64,000 nucleotides of DNA, from assembly GCA_036172245.1 (NCBI GenBank), contig JAYWIR010000001.1, positions 7,378,001-7,442,000 of the forward strand, in the 5' to 3' direction. The stretch is from Raillietiella orientalis. Its lineage: Eukaryota. Both the position numbers and the translations under genes were made by a program. The notes beneath the pieces were generated by a model that ran no database searches, had not been told where the DNA came from, and worked only from the letters and a program-made list of their open reading frames with translations. Below, piece by piece: positions 1 through 12,000 of this stretch (position 1 is its first letter; every line of letters begins with the position of its first letter).

Positions 1-3000
1 AATGGGGGGCGTCTTCGTCTTCCGAAAGGACGTTTCCGGCGCAAGCGACGGGGTGCACTCAGCCTGGTCGTCTCCCTTGAGTCTTTCTTCCCTCCTCCCT
101 CCCGCGCCTTGGCGGCCCTGAGCGCATGGGCGTGCGGGGTACATGGGACTGGAAAAGTCCCACCCTCTCTTCCCAGATGCACCAGAGAAACTCCACCTGC
201 TTCGCCTTTGGAGAGGCTTACTTTAGCCCCCCATTCTGGATTCCGGCTCTTGACCAGTCTGCCTAGCCCCCCTTATGACCACGAAGCGGCAGCTTCACAA
301 GTCCCCACTTAGACGCTGAAGCAGCTTGGTATTTCGGCTCCCAGTCAGCTTAGTTCGGTTCCCATGCCAACTCCTGAGCCACCCATTTGGGTTGGTATTT
401 TCGTGTTGGCAGCATCAGGAGGCTTCTCTAGGACCAAGAGAGGGCCAAAACGGAAACTCGGCAGCCTACTTCAGTGTGTCAGAATAGGGAATTGTGGGGT
501 CGCTCCGTGATAGGATCCCCCCCCCCCCATGGAGCTTTTCCGGAGACGTCCGTCCTGCACGCCCTTGGTGCTCCCTGGGCGAGCTTGCGCGGCGTCCGCG
601 TGGGACAGCGGCGTGAGGAAAGAGCTGGCCTCTGGCGACTTCGGCTCACACCTTGAATCCCTGACTGCCGCATCTCTTGGACGCCTTCTCGCGCGTGCGC
701 AGGACGAGGGGCGCCTGAAAGACGTCCGCCTCTCGCCCTTTGAAGGGGAGGGACGTTGGGTGTACCTACGAGTTCCTTCGCAGGAGTTTCTCTCTTCGTC
801 CCCGTTTCTCTGGGACTGCCCCTGGTCTGCGCTCTCTCCAGAATTTTTCCCGGGAGATTTTCTAAGAGAAGAAGGGGCGCGCTCTTCAAAGAGGGACCCA
901 CCAACGTCTCTACGCGGCCTCGTCGACTCCAGGAAAGGAACCAGATCCTTTCGCAGACGGCACGTGTGGGACGCTGCAGTCAATCCGGAAAGTCTCGCCG
1001 GCCTTGCCGACCGATTCCATCTGCTCCCGGGAACGACGGCGGAAACCGTTCCCAAGAGGTCCTGCTGCCTTGCGGGAGGTCGGCCGCTTGGCTCTCTCTG
1101 ACGGAGCTCTGGGACCGGGTAATGGCGGGATGGGATCCGCTCCGGAAATATCTCCGGGGAGCGCTCTGGTGCTTCCCGGTACCGCCACTCCCGTTCTCGG
1201 AGAGGGGACTTTTGCTCCAACGCCCTCTCCATCCCGCTGCTCGGGATCCGCGGCCGCCTTCCCTCCTCGCGTCCACTTGGGCGAGGACTGGGGAGGCCCT
1301 CCGCTGATGGGTCAGATTCCCTCAGGAGGGGCGTTTCCACGGCCCCCAGGGGACTCCCGAAAATCGATCGCTTCCTTCGGATAGATGCCGAACAAATGGG
1401 GAGCGGATCGCTGGTCCAGATCTTTCCCCTTTCATTACTTCCCTGAAAAGCGGGGAGGGAGGGAAGCTCCCTAATTTCGATCCTTCGTTTCATCCGCGTT
1501 TCCCGGACCCCAAGCGCTCGGAAGTCAGGGCGGGAGCCACACCTCCTCCTGCTGGCGAGGTCAAGGGATGAGCTGCCCCACGGACGCATCCGGACAGGCG
1601 TGTCCGTCTCACAGCGGTAATCCGGGACACCCTCAGCTCTGGGAAGCGGCCAGTTCATGGGATGAGGGAGGGACGAAGAGCAGTCCCTCCCGTCCGCTCC
1701 TTCCGCTCTTCCTGAGCCCAGCGTGCTTGAGTCGCGCGGCGGAGCACCACGCTGTGCGCGTGCTCACGCGCGCAAGAAGCAGCCAGTGACGCCGAGCGGT
1801 GGTGCGGTCGCCACGGGAACCGGGCGGTTCGACTTCGAGCAGGTGGCTCCTGGAGGCATCCATCCTTGTTTTCTGTCGGGATGCTTCCCAACGACTTTTT
1901 TCGCGTCAAGGTTGCCACTGAATACCGGGGAAACGAGGAAATCGAGCTCTGGGACCGGGAGATGGACGAGAACGGTGGTGAGAACGCGGGTGGCGAGGCT
2001 TCAAGGCGGTGACCATGATGAGATCACGAGAACGACGCGGATGGGATGGATGAAAATGGTCCCACTCTTCCTGCCGAGGGTTCGAGAATGGCGAGAACGC
2101 GAAAAGAACGAGGAGAACGGGGAAAAGACAATGAGAATGAGAACGGCGCGGATCTGAAAAACGGGCGTGAGAATGGTCGTCGCCAGGAACCTGTGGATTT
2201 CCCTACATCTCGATCTCCTTCGGGTCACCTTCCGACGGCGGAGTTTTCTTGCCCAGAGTGACCACCCAGCCGGAGACCCTGATGGAGAGCACGGGAGCGC
2301 TTCTTCGGAGGGCACTGCCTTCTGCCCAGAGGGGACCGGAGGGGCACACCGTTCGCTCCGGCTTTGGCAGCCGGGCTGCGACGCTGCAGGGATCTCCTCC
2401 GGAAGGGGCGCAGCAGGTCTTCCTCCTCTTCCCGAAAAGGAGCCTCCTCGAGCGCGCCCACTCCGCTCCTTCTCGGTCGGTTCCATTGCGACTGAGCGAG
2501 AGAGGGGGGAGGAAGCTCCAGAGAGGCGCAGTGTCCGCTGCTGGGGTTCCCCTCGAACCCCGGCACGCCCCTTCAGGAGTGCACCCGTCCGCTCTCCAGG
2601 GTTAACTGATCACGAAACGAAAGGCCAGTGGGGCAGCGGCGGAAGCGGTGGGTGCAGTTCTCGCTCCTCTTCCCTTTCCACCTCTGCGTGCTTCGGGAAG
2701 ATGAAATGACCATTGGCGTCACAATCTCCTGCCAGAGAAGGTTGCTTCATGAGGGGGGGGGCAAGCAATGGGGACACTCATTGTTCTCGGGTTTCATCCT
2801 GCCTCCGCACCTCCCACCTACCCACCCCATTAGGCTCCCCTACCCGCCCTATGTTTTTTCCGTTCTTCCAAGAGGGAGAGCTCTCGCCCCTTTTCAGCCC
2901 ACGTCAGGATCTTCCCGATTTTTCGTCGCTTGGCCGAATCTCTCCCGGCCTTGGGAACGGAAGGCCTCTAGACGCGACCTGGAGAGTTCGCCCGTCCTGA

Positions 3001-6000
3001 AGTGGAAGGAGCGGGACAGTGACTTCTTCCCGGACGAAAGGGGGTGAGGTGAGGGGAGGAGAGTCCAACTGACTTCGTGATGGCATGGGACTCGCTCACG
3101 GACTCCTCCGGGAAGCGCGCGAACGTACCACGGGAAGCGCCAGCAGGGCGGGTACCCCAAGGCTCTCAAGGGAGCAGGAGGTCGGCTGGAACGGGAAACT
3201 CCCAGCAGGGAGGTAGTGGACCCTCAAGGGTTCCTCTTCGACTGTGACCCTCTCCGGGAGCAGTCCATCCCGACGACTTTCACTGGGCGCCGACCCGCGG
3301 AACGCTCGACCATCGGGGAGACCATAGTGTGAAGGCGCGTCCCACGCTCCCAGGAACGGGTGAGAAAGAATGACGGCAGCGGAGAGGTTGGGGAATAGGG
3401 GAAGGGATGAGGGGATAGGGGCGGGATTCCTCCTCGCTAGAGGTGGCGCGCGGGAGGGACGACTCTGCGTCCATGCCGGTGCGGTTGTTCTCTCCTCCTC
3501 TCCTCTACCTTTCCCTTGCTCCTCTTCCCCTACGGGGACACGGAGAGTGCTCGCCCGCTAATGGACACTCACGTGCGCGCGCGCACGCAGTCGAGGGAGC
3601 CGGCGTGCTCTCCGCGCCGGCTGATTTACGACGTCGCTTTAAAAGGCGCTCGGGAGGACCTCTGCCGCCTTCCCCGCGGACCGTAGCATCGCTTTGACCG
3701 ATGGCCGATCCACCGCCAGGGCCTCCCCCGTGGTCATCTCCGAGCGCCTTATTGATTTTTTTCATTCTGGTGGATTTATGGGGAGGCTCCGAGCGCGCGC
3801 GCGCGTGCATGTGACCCCTCCCGACCCCAGACGCCCTCCATGCCAGCCTTTCCTCTTCCTCATCCCTATTCTGCTCGGTCTCACGCAGGGACAGGAGGCT
3901 GCCTTCCTCTCCGGAGGCAGGCACTGAGAACCGGGACTGGAAAGGGAGGAGGTGGGCTGGGAGAAGTCCAGTGCGTCCCACCGCCACCATGGAGACCTGT
4001 TGGATTTTCTCAGCGACCGCGAGCAGCGCAGGACGGGGAGGGTCAACGTATTGGCGAGGTGGGGGGTGGGTAGGGTGGGAGAATAAGGGAGAAACCTGCC
4101 TGGGGGATTCTCGGGAGGGGAAAATGGAGGGTGGGCTGCGAGAGGTGATTGCAGCAGTCCCGGAGCGGGCGGATGCCACTGGGCGTCCATCGGCGGCGCT
4201 TCCTCACGCAGGCTGACTCCTCCCCTTTCTCCATTATCAGTCACGCGCTGCCCCTTTGAACCTTCCCTCCCCCACCAGCCCATCGCCTTCTCCCCCCGCC
4301 AAGCGTGTGATGAAATGCACACGGAGGGGTCATCTTTGCTCCTGGACTGGGATGCCGCTCATGTCCTCCTGGAAGGGCAGCGGCTGCTCTTCCTGCAGGT
4401 TTGCTCAGCTGCCGCGGAACAGGAGGAGTCTCCTCTTGCTTTCCCCGGGGGGGAAAAAAAATGGGGACACACGGGGAGGAGGGAGGGAAGGGACGGGAGG
4501 AGGTGGTTTGTCGGCATGCGAAGCCACCCTTCCGGGGCGATGGGGCGCGTTCCATTCGGAAGGACGAGGGGAGGGAGCGCTCGGTCCCCTCCTGGAAGCA
4601 GGGATTTCCGCTCCCGTGCTTCCCGACGAGGCAGGGATGATCCGGTCCCTGCCGCGGATTAGCACCCCTCTCTTTCTTCCTCCCTGCCTCTTCCCTCTTC
4701 CCCCCATCCCTTTCTCCATTTTTTTCCTGGCGCGGAGAAAGATGGTAGTCCCTCCCGGAACCGACTGTCCGGGAGTTTTCCAGGGAAGAACAGGCTTCCG
4801 CAGAAGAACTCTAACCATCTGCTCCTGGTCTCGGAAGCCGGCGGGGAAAGGGGGTTACTGCGTAAACGTGGAAGGTGCCACTGGCGAAAATCCCGCTTGC
4901 ATCCTCGCCGTCCTTCGCCTGGCAGCCCGAAATGGTCCCCGCTTCCAGGGAGCAAGGAAACGTTCCCGAGGTGGGAGAAGAGGAAAAGAGGCCGCCGCCG
5001 ATGATGGTGGAAAAGGGGAGAAGGGTTTGGGGGAGAGAATCTCTTCTGCGGGGTCGCGGAAGGGCATGACGACGGCCAGGAGAATGCTCAGGGATGGAAG
5101 AGGGGGAGAACGAGGAGAGGATTCCTTGTCCTAGACTTTCCCTTTCCACCGGGTCCACGGGATGAAGACCCATTCTTCATAGGGAAGCAGGACCTCGCCT
5201 TGTTTCGCCTCACTCTCGTTTCTTCGCGTGCTGCCGTGCCCCAGACTTCCACAGACGGCGAACGAGCCGGTCCTGCCCTACCTTTAGCCCTCTGCTGTGG
5301 TCCCATTCTTGACATCCTTCGCGGGAAGAGGAGAGACGCACTCAGGAAAGGGCCGAGCACGCGCACGGGGGAGAAGAGGAGAAGGAAGATCGCGAGGCCG
5401 TGCACGGGATGAGGGTCCTCCGAGAGAGCTCCTCATCTCCTTCCTGTTCAAAATGGAGTTCGGAAGCGAGAGAAAGGATGATGGAGAGAAAAGGGTGGCG
5501 AGAAGAGAAAGGGGGGGGGGGCCGAAGGGAGATTCGCTCTTTGCTCGAGGAAGTTTTCCTTTTTCCTGCACGTCTCGGGCACCGTAGGGACTCGCTTGCC
5601 TTTCCTCCACAGAGAAGGAAGACAGATGGAGAGGGGGAGGCAAGGCCGAGAGGAAAGAAAAGGGTGCGCCTCAGCCCTTTCAGTCTCGCCCTTCGGCGGA
5701 AGCATTTCCATGGAAGAGGAGGTCTTCCCCGTTCCCGTACCCTCACCTTCCTCTTGCGGAAGGAAGAAAAGCTCGCGGGACTGGGGAGGCGGGAGAAGGA
5801 CACCTCGGCGATCTCCTCATTCTCTCCTCTCACTCGCTTCTCATCTCTCGGAGTGCCCTTTCTCCCTCGCTGGAGGCTGAGGGACTTTTGGCCCTTCCCC
5901 TTCGACCAGTTGCCGCTCTTCTCCGCCTCTCCCTCGTAAGGGGTGGAGGTGGGGGGGCATCTCCAGTAAAGAAGAGTAACGGACGGACCGATACCCAAGG

Positions 6001-9000
6001 GAGGGGAGGGAAAGGGAGGCGCCCTTTTCCAGGTCGGTGACGCTCCCGGCCGACAAATGGAGAAGCGGGAGGGCGCGGCGTCCTCTCCAAGGAGGATGGG
6101 GGGTGAGTGCCTTCCTTCCTTCTTCCCCTCTTCCATGAGCGCCCCCTCGAGATTCTTCGCCTTCTCTCCAGGAAAGCAGTACATGAGGATCCAGGTGTCT
6201 GCCTTCATGAAAACCGAGGAAAGCACTCGGAGTTGCAGGAAGGATCCTAGCCGCCTCCTTGTCTCCGGATGGGAGGGAAGGAGATGCGTGGGGTGGAGAA
6301 GAGAAAGGGAAGGGAAGGAGCGGGGCAGGGGAGAGAAGGTCATGAGGTGAGGGAAGTCCTCATCGGTGGGTGGTGTTCGCCGACACGGCTGGCAGGGGAG
6401 GGAGGAAGGTTCTGGGGGACGTGGATGAGCGAGCGTGGAGGCCGCAGAGGGAGGCTTTGCTAGGCAGTGGCCTTTCTTGGACGCTCGGTTTGTGGCATTC
6501 AGAGCGCCGCCGCAGACCGGGCGGCCAATCAGAGAGCACGCCCTCCCTATCGACGTCTTGGAGAGAATGCACTGCGAAACCGGGGCGTGCTCTGCCGCTT
6601 CGGATGGGGCGGCGGAGGCCGGTTCCCATGGATACGGGTCGCCTCTGCCGCTGAATGGACCGCGGCGGTAGGAAGGAACGATGAGGATCAGGGAGCAGGT
6701 GGTGAAGGAAGGGAGGGGGATGGAGGGAGGGATGCCGCAGCGTCGAAAGGCTTCCTCTGGGCTTCCATGAGGAAGACCAAAGGGCAGCCGAAGGGAGCAG
6801 CTCTGAAAATAATGGAAAACACCGCCGCTACGATGTGCCTCTCGGGTCCCAGGGTACCCTTTCCTGATGGTGGTAGCCGAGAATGCAGGGGACATCCGTG
6901 GGCTGGCCTCTCCTCTCTCCCCTTCCTCCACGGAAGAGACTCCAGGGCTCCGCAGATTGGGAGGCTTCTCCTCTACAGTTGACCTCTGGAAGGTTGCCTG
7001 GGAAACCCTGGGAATCACGAAGGAGGAAGAGATTCGAGGGCGCGCTCCGGGATTTCCAGAGGTCCCAAAGTTCTTGAAAGATGGGGAGAAGAATGAGGGG
7101 TAGAGGGGGGAGGCGGCAAGAAAAGGTCGCAACGGTCCGGGACGCGTACGGACGATTTTCCTCCCCTCCAGAATTGCGCTGTCCCTTTCGGTTGGCCCCA
7201 AGTACGGGAGGATCCTTTTTGGTGTTCTGGCTCCCAGAAGAAGAAGACGGCCGACAGGTATACCTCTTCCCCTTCCGTTTTCCCCCTTCCACTTCCATAA
7301 ACAGGCAGGGGTGTCATGGCGCGTTCCCTTCCCCTTCTGGTCGCTGGCCTTGCCCGACCCCTCCCTTCCTCTCTTATCACGCGTTCTTACGAGAGTCCGC
7401 CGGCGGCACTCGCGACCGTTCGAGTTGGTCTCCCTGAAATGGCTCTCCATGCGCACTCTCTCTCGGTCCGGAAATGTGGACTCTCTTCCGCACGTGAGGA
7501 TCACAAGAGGGACGGGACCCAATCTCCAGTCCACGCGCAAAACGAAAAGCAGAGCGAGGAAGGAGGGGGATAGGGCCGGAAGGGAAAGAGCTAAGGAGGT
7601 CCTCTTCCCGCAGCGTGGGAACGGAGACGTTGGAGGATAAAGCTACTCTCTGCGGCCCGTAGGTCTCCCTTGATCCTCCCCCTCTTTTCTGGTTTGGGAG
7701 AAACGTCCGAGACATTCTTTTTTCCCTGGCCCTGAATACCCTCCTGCTTCCTCCCCCTTTCTCTGGACCCTTCCTGAAACTTCGGCGCACTTGCGAGAGA
7801 TAGGACTTTGCCTTTACCTCCTCTGTACTTTCAACATGGTAAGTTGACCTGGGGGTCGCTCACAGGTTGAGATGAGTTTTTGGAGGTCACACGAAGGCAG
7901 AGTGAGGGGCAGAGCTCCGGGAGAGAGGGTGTGTGTGGGACTCACTTCGGTGATTCTCCTGCTCTTGCATCGGGGCAGCTCATCCTCGCCTCCCCACGAA
8001 CGTGGAACGGGATGCTTCTTGTTCTTCGGGCGATGAGGAAGAGATCAGCCATCGGGAGGAGGCGGCCCGTCCCGTCCGCTCGCGCCAGCGACCTTCGGGC
8101 AGAGTGGCGGAGGAACGTAAGGTGGCGGGAGTGACGGTGGGCACCCGGGAGAGAGGGACGCGGCGCCCACGCTCGCCCTCCAGGATGGACGCGTGGCCAG
8201 AGGGCAGCCGGTCGCAATGTCCGCCAGCGACGGGAGGCGTCCCCGGCTCCGTGCATGTCCGTTGCCCCTACAGCGGTGGCTCCAGTTCGTTTCCACATCC
8301 GTTTCGTGAGCGGCGGATGCCGACAGAGGAGGGAAACGGGAGATTAAAGGAGTCGTGAGGCGCGCCCTCGGGAGGGTGCGCGGACGGTGGCACAGCTGCC
8401 GAACGTATCCTTGGTGGCTCGGTCTCCATATCTCCGGAATGAATGAACGGGGAGCGTCCGAGATGCTCGGAAGATGGACCCGTGGGCACTCCCGCCGCCA
8501 TTGGCTCCCTTCCTAAGGTCGAACAAGACGCCTCGGGGGTGGTCTTGCGTGGCATCACTGCGATAGAAATCGAGGGCATTTTCGGCGAACGAGGGAGACA
8601 CGCGGCCCCGCGGACAGCGAGCTTCGTGGAGTCGGGCGCCGCATCCGGCAGCGTCTCCTCGAGATTTACAGCCCATGTTGGGCGCCCCCGAGGCGACTCG
8701 CCCTTCTGAAAGCATGGTGTGTGTGGGGTGGGGTGGGGGGTAGGAGAGAAGTTGGGTGCGCTGCCGAGTGGGATTTCCGAAAACGGGGAAAGTGAGGGAT
8801 AGTGAGCAGGGCAGGGACGGACTCTTCCAGGAGGAGAAAACAAATGGCGAGCCGACTTTTCGGGAAGGGAGAAGCGACCTCCGAATGGAAAGGGAAATGG
8901 TTTCCGGGGCACGGGAAGTATACGCTGCGCGACAGACACGTGCTTAACGCAGAGGGGGAGACGTTCCGTCTCAAGGATCGACCTGTGAGAGGAAAATGGA

Positions 9001-12000
9001 GGAAAAGACATCTTCAGCAACCGCAGCTTGCGTCCCGTGAGAGATGCGCGTCGCTCCCGCTTGCGGGTCCGGTTGTCAAGGTGGCGTTCCGTTGCTTCCC
9101 TTCGTTCCCATTGTTGCGCCTTTCAGTTTTGCTCATTGTTGGATTCGGTTGCCCGGAGCTCTCTGCCCCCTCCCCCCCCCCCAACAGTGGACAATAAACT
9201 AGATGGGGAATGAGAAAGTCCGGAACGACAATGAATTCAACAATAAACGAAGAAACGCGGAGTAATAATTGATAGGGGACAAAGAAGGGAGGCTGATTTC
9301 GAGTTGCGCCAGAAGCCGAGGGTCGGAGCAGCCAAACGGGACCCTTGGGCGCACTTTCAGTCCCTCTCACGCTCTCCACACCCTTTGTTCCACAATGTCC
9401 GCCATGCTTGCGCGATGCACCCGAATGGCTGATGGAAAAAAATTGGGAAACCGGAAACTGCCCTTTCTTTCTCCGAGACCTCCGTTTCCGGTAGCTTCCT
9501 CCGACGCACCGAGCTCTCTCCCCTCCCTCCCTTTCCCCATCCCCTCCTTCCTTAACGTTTCGCGCGGGTCGGGAACGCGTCCGAGAGGCGGCGATGTTTC
9601 CGCTCAGCTCGCCGACGAGCCTTCCATGCGCGCGCGGCAACACCTCGGAGTTTTCGCGCAAGCGTGTGTGCGGTGCCGGCAATCCGATCATCCTCGAAGG
9701 CCCCTGCCTGGAGGGCATCCAGACGCGCGCGAAAAAAAAAAAGAAAAGAAACCGCTCTTACAACCTCCTTCCTCCTGCCCCCTCCCCCCTGCCTCTCCCT
9801 CTTCTCTCTGTGTGCGTCTCTCCACTCGCCCCTCAAGTTTCGTTAAAAGTCTTCTTGAAAGGGATGGCGTCGACTAGAGGAAAAACCAACACACGCTGTC
9901 TCTGGATAATTGAATAAATGGCTGACCGTTTTCCCCAAATTTACCATCCCCGAAAAAAGGGGGGAAAGTGGAAAAAGGTAACTGCTTGGCGCGCTCTCCG
10001 AGTGAGGAAAGGATGCTGCCGCCTCCGCCGAAAACACTTTCTCACTTCTCCCTCCCTGGCGGCGCACGCTGCCGCCCTAGAGGAACGGGGCATCACTTCC
10101 CGCGGCGGGGAAGGGAGCAAGTGATGATGCAGCGGGTGCGCGGGGGGAATCGGGAAAGCCGCAGTATGCTGCGCGGGAAACGCACGCCTGGGAACTCTGC
10201 CCCGGAAACGGTGTCAGCGCAGCCGCCAAGAAGGGGAAGGGAGGAAGACGGCGTGGTGGCAGGGACGTGGTGGTGGATCCGACGAGGGGCCCCGGGCTGC
10301 AAAGAAGGGGAAGAACGGAGCGGGAAAGCGCCTTCCAGAGATGCGCGCGCCTTCCAGCCTGGGCGCTGCCGCTTCGCTCAAGCCAATTAGCTTCCGCCAA
10401 TTTAACCTGAGGACGCGGAGGGGAGTCGATGAGAAAGCGATCAGGGGATTGGACAGCCCCGCTTCCGCTCGCGTTCTTCGCATTGCTGCTCCGTGGAAAG
10501 GTAGCAAATCGGATCGTGGAGCCGAGCCTGGAGAAGAGGTCGCTCCGGTCCGGGGAAAGAGGAAACAAAAAGGGTGGAAAGGGGGAGGTGAGAGGGGGAA
10601 ACCCGAGGACCCGTTTCGGGCATCAAGGGAGAGAGAGAGGGAGAGAGGAGAAGAAGAAAAGAAAGAAGGAAGGAAGAAAGAAAGAGAGCATTGTTGTCGT
10701 CGGAGACTGCGGCGGTGTCCTCTTCCGAGGAAGGTCCGCGCCTTCAAGGTCGAGGGAGAGCGCACGAGCGCGGCGACGAAAGGGCGCGCCCACGCGCCAT
10801 CTTCCTTTCCCCATCTCATCCCTCCCACGGATGCCAGACGACGAAGGGAACCTTCCGGAGACTCACCCAGGGAGGAGTGCGCGTGCTCCGTAGAGATCCC
10901 GGAAACCTCGGTTGCATAGGAATGCGCAGCAGGAGAAGAATATCCCCGACCTCGGGACACGCAGCTGGAGAGGGGGAAAGACCTGGAGAGGTTCTCCTAT
11001 CCTAGAACGCGAATTCCCTTTCCAAAGCGGAAGAACCCCCAGGTCCTCTTCCGGAAGTGTTGCGCGAGGTTTTGGGATAGGTCGCACGCCTCAGGGAAGG
11101 TCGCGCCACCCCTTGGCGCGACTCGTTCAGCGCCTGGGGCGCTCAGCTCCTGTGGGCGACCGCGCGAGTTGGAACTATTCCCTTGGAAGCGTCCGCCCGC
11201 CTGCTCCTGGCCTCTTCCGCTGCCGGAGGCTACCGGGAACTCCAGCGTAGGGACCGACCGATCTGCGCAGCCTCGGAAAGCGGACGCCTCCCTGGAGGTC
11301 GGGTTCGGGTATCCCGGAATTCACGAACAGGCCGAGAATCGTTCCTTCATCGCGGACTGGGTCTGGGTGGGGTGAGGTGGGGAACCACCCCTTCCTGGAG
11401 CCGGCACTCCTCGGGGGTGCAAAGAGGAAAGGAGGCGCTCCCAGATCCGCGACTGTCGGAGCGCTCCTCCCTTCCTTTCCCCTCCTCCCTCTCCCTTTCC
11501 CCCTTATCTGGGCTATCGACGGCGACGCCGCTCGCTCGCTCACTCGCGCGCGCGCGCGCGAGCCATGGCAGGAAATTTCAAAATCCCGAATTCCTTCGGA
11601 AGGACGCGCGCGCGCTTGGGGTAGATCATTATCATCAATCTCGCAGGGGAGAGTTGCGGGAGAGCAAGGTCGTTAGGGAAGGAAGCGGGGGAGGAGGTGG
11701 CCCTTTACAAACAGGGGATTTTCTGGGGTTGCGGAGACGCAGCTGCGGATGGACGAGGAGGAGAGCGCGCAAGGCGGACTCGGGGCGCGCGCGCGCGCAC
11801 TTGGGCTCAGTCGCGCGTGAGATGCAGGGAGGAGCGGCCTTTGTTGGCCGGCTCCTGCAGCAGAGCCGTCTTCAGGGGGAGAGAGCTGGACCCGTCGACG
11901 GGCGGAGACAGCTCTCTGTCAAGACTCCCTCCAGGTTGGCTCCTTGAACCGGATGGGGTGCGGAAGGAAGGAGGGAGGGAAGGGCGCGGTCCTTCTCCCA

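Noticed and set aside
5342..7540. 732-aa minus-strand ORF
   Set aside because: R/P/S/G-biased translation with no domain; expected from stop-poor GC-rich DNA.
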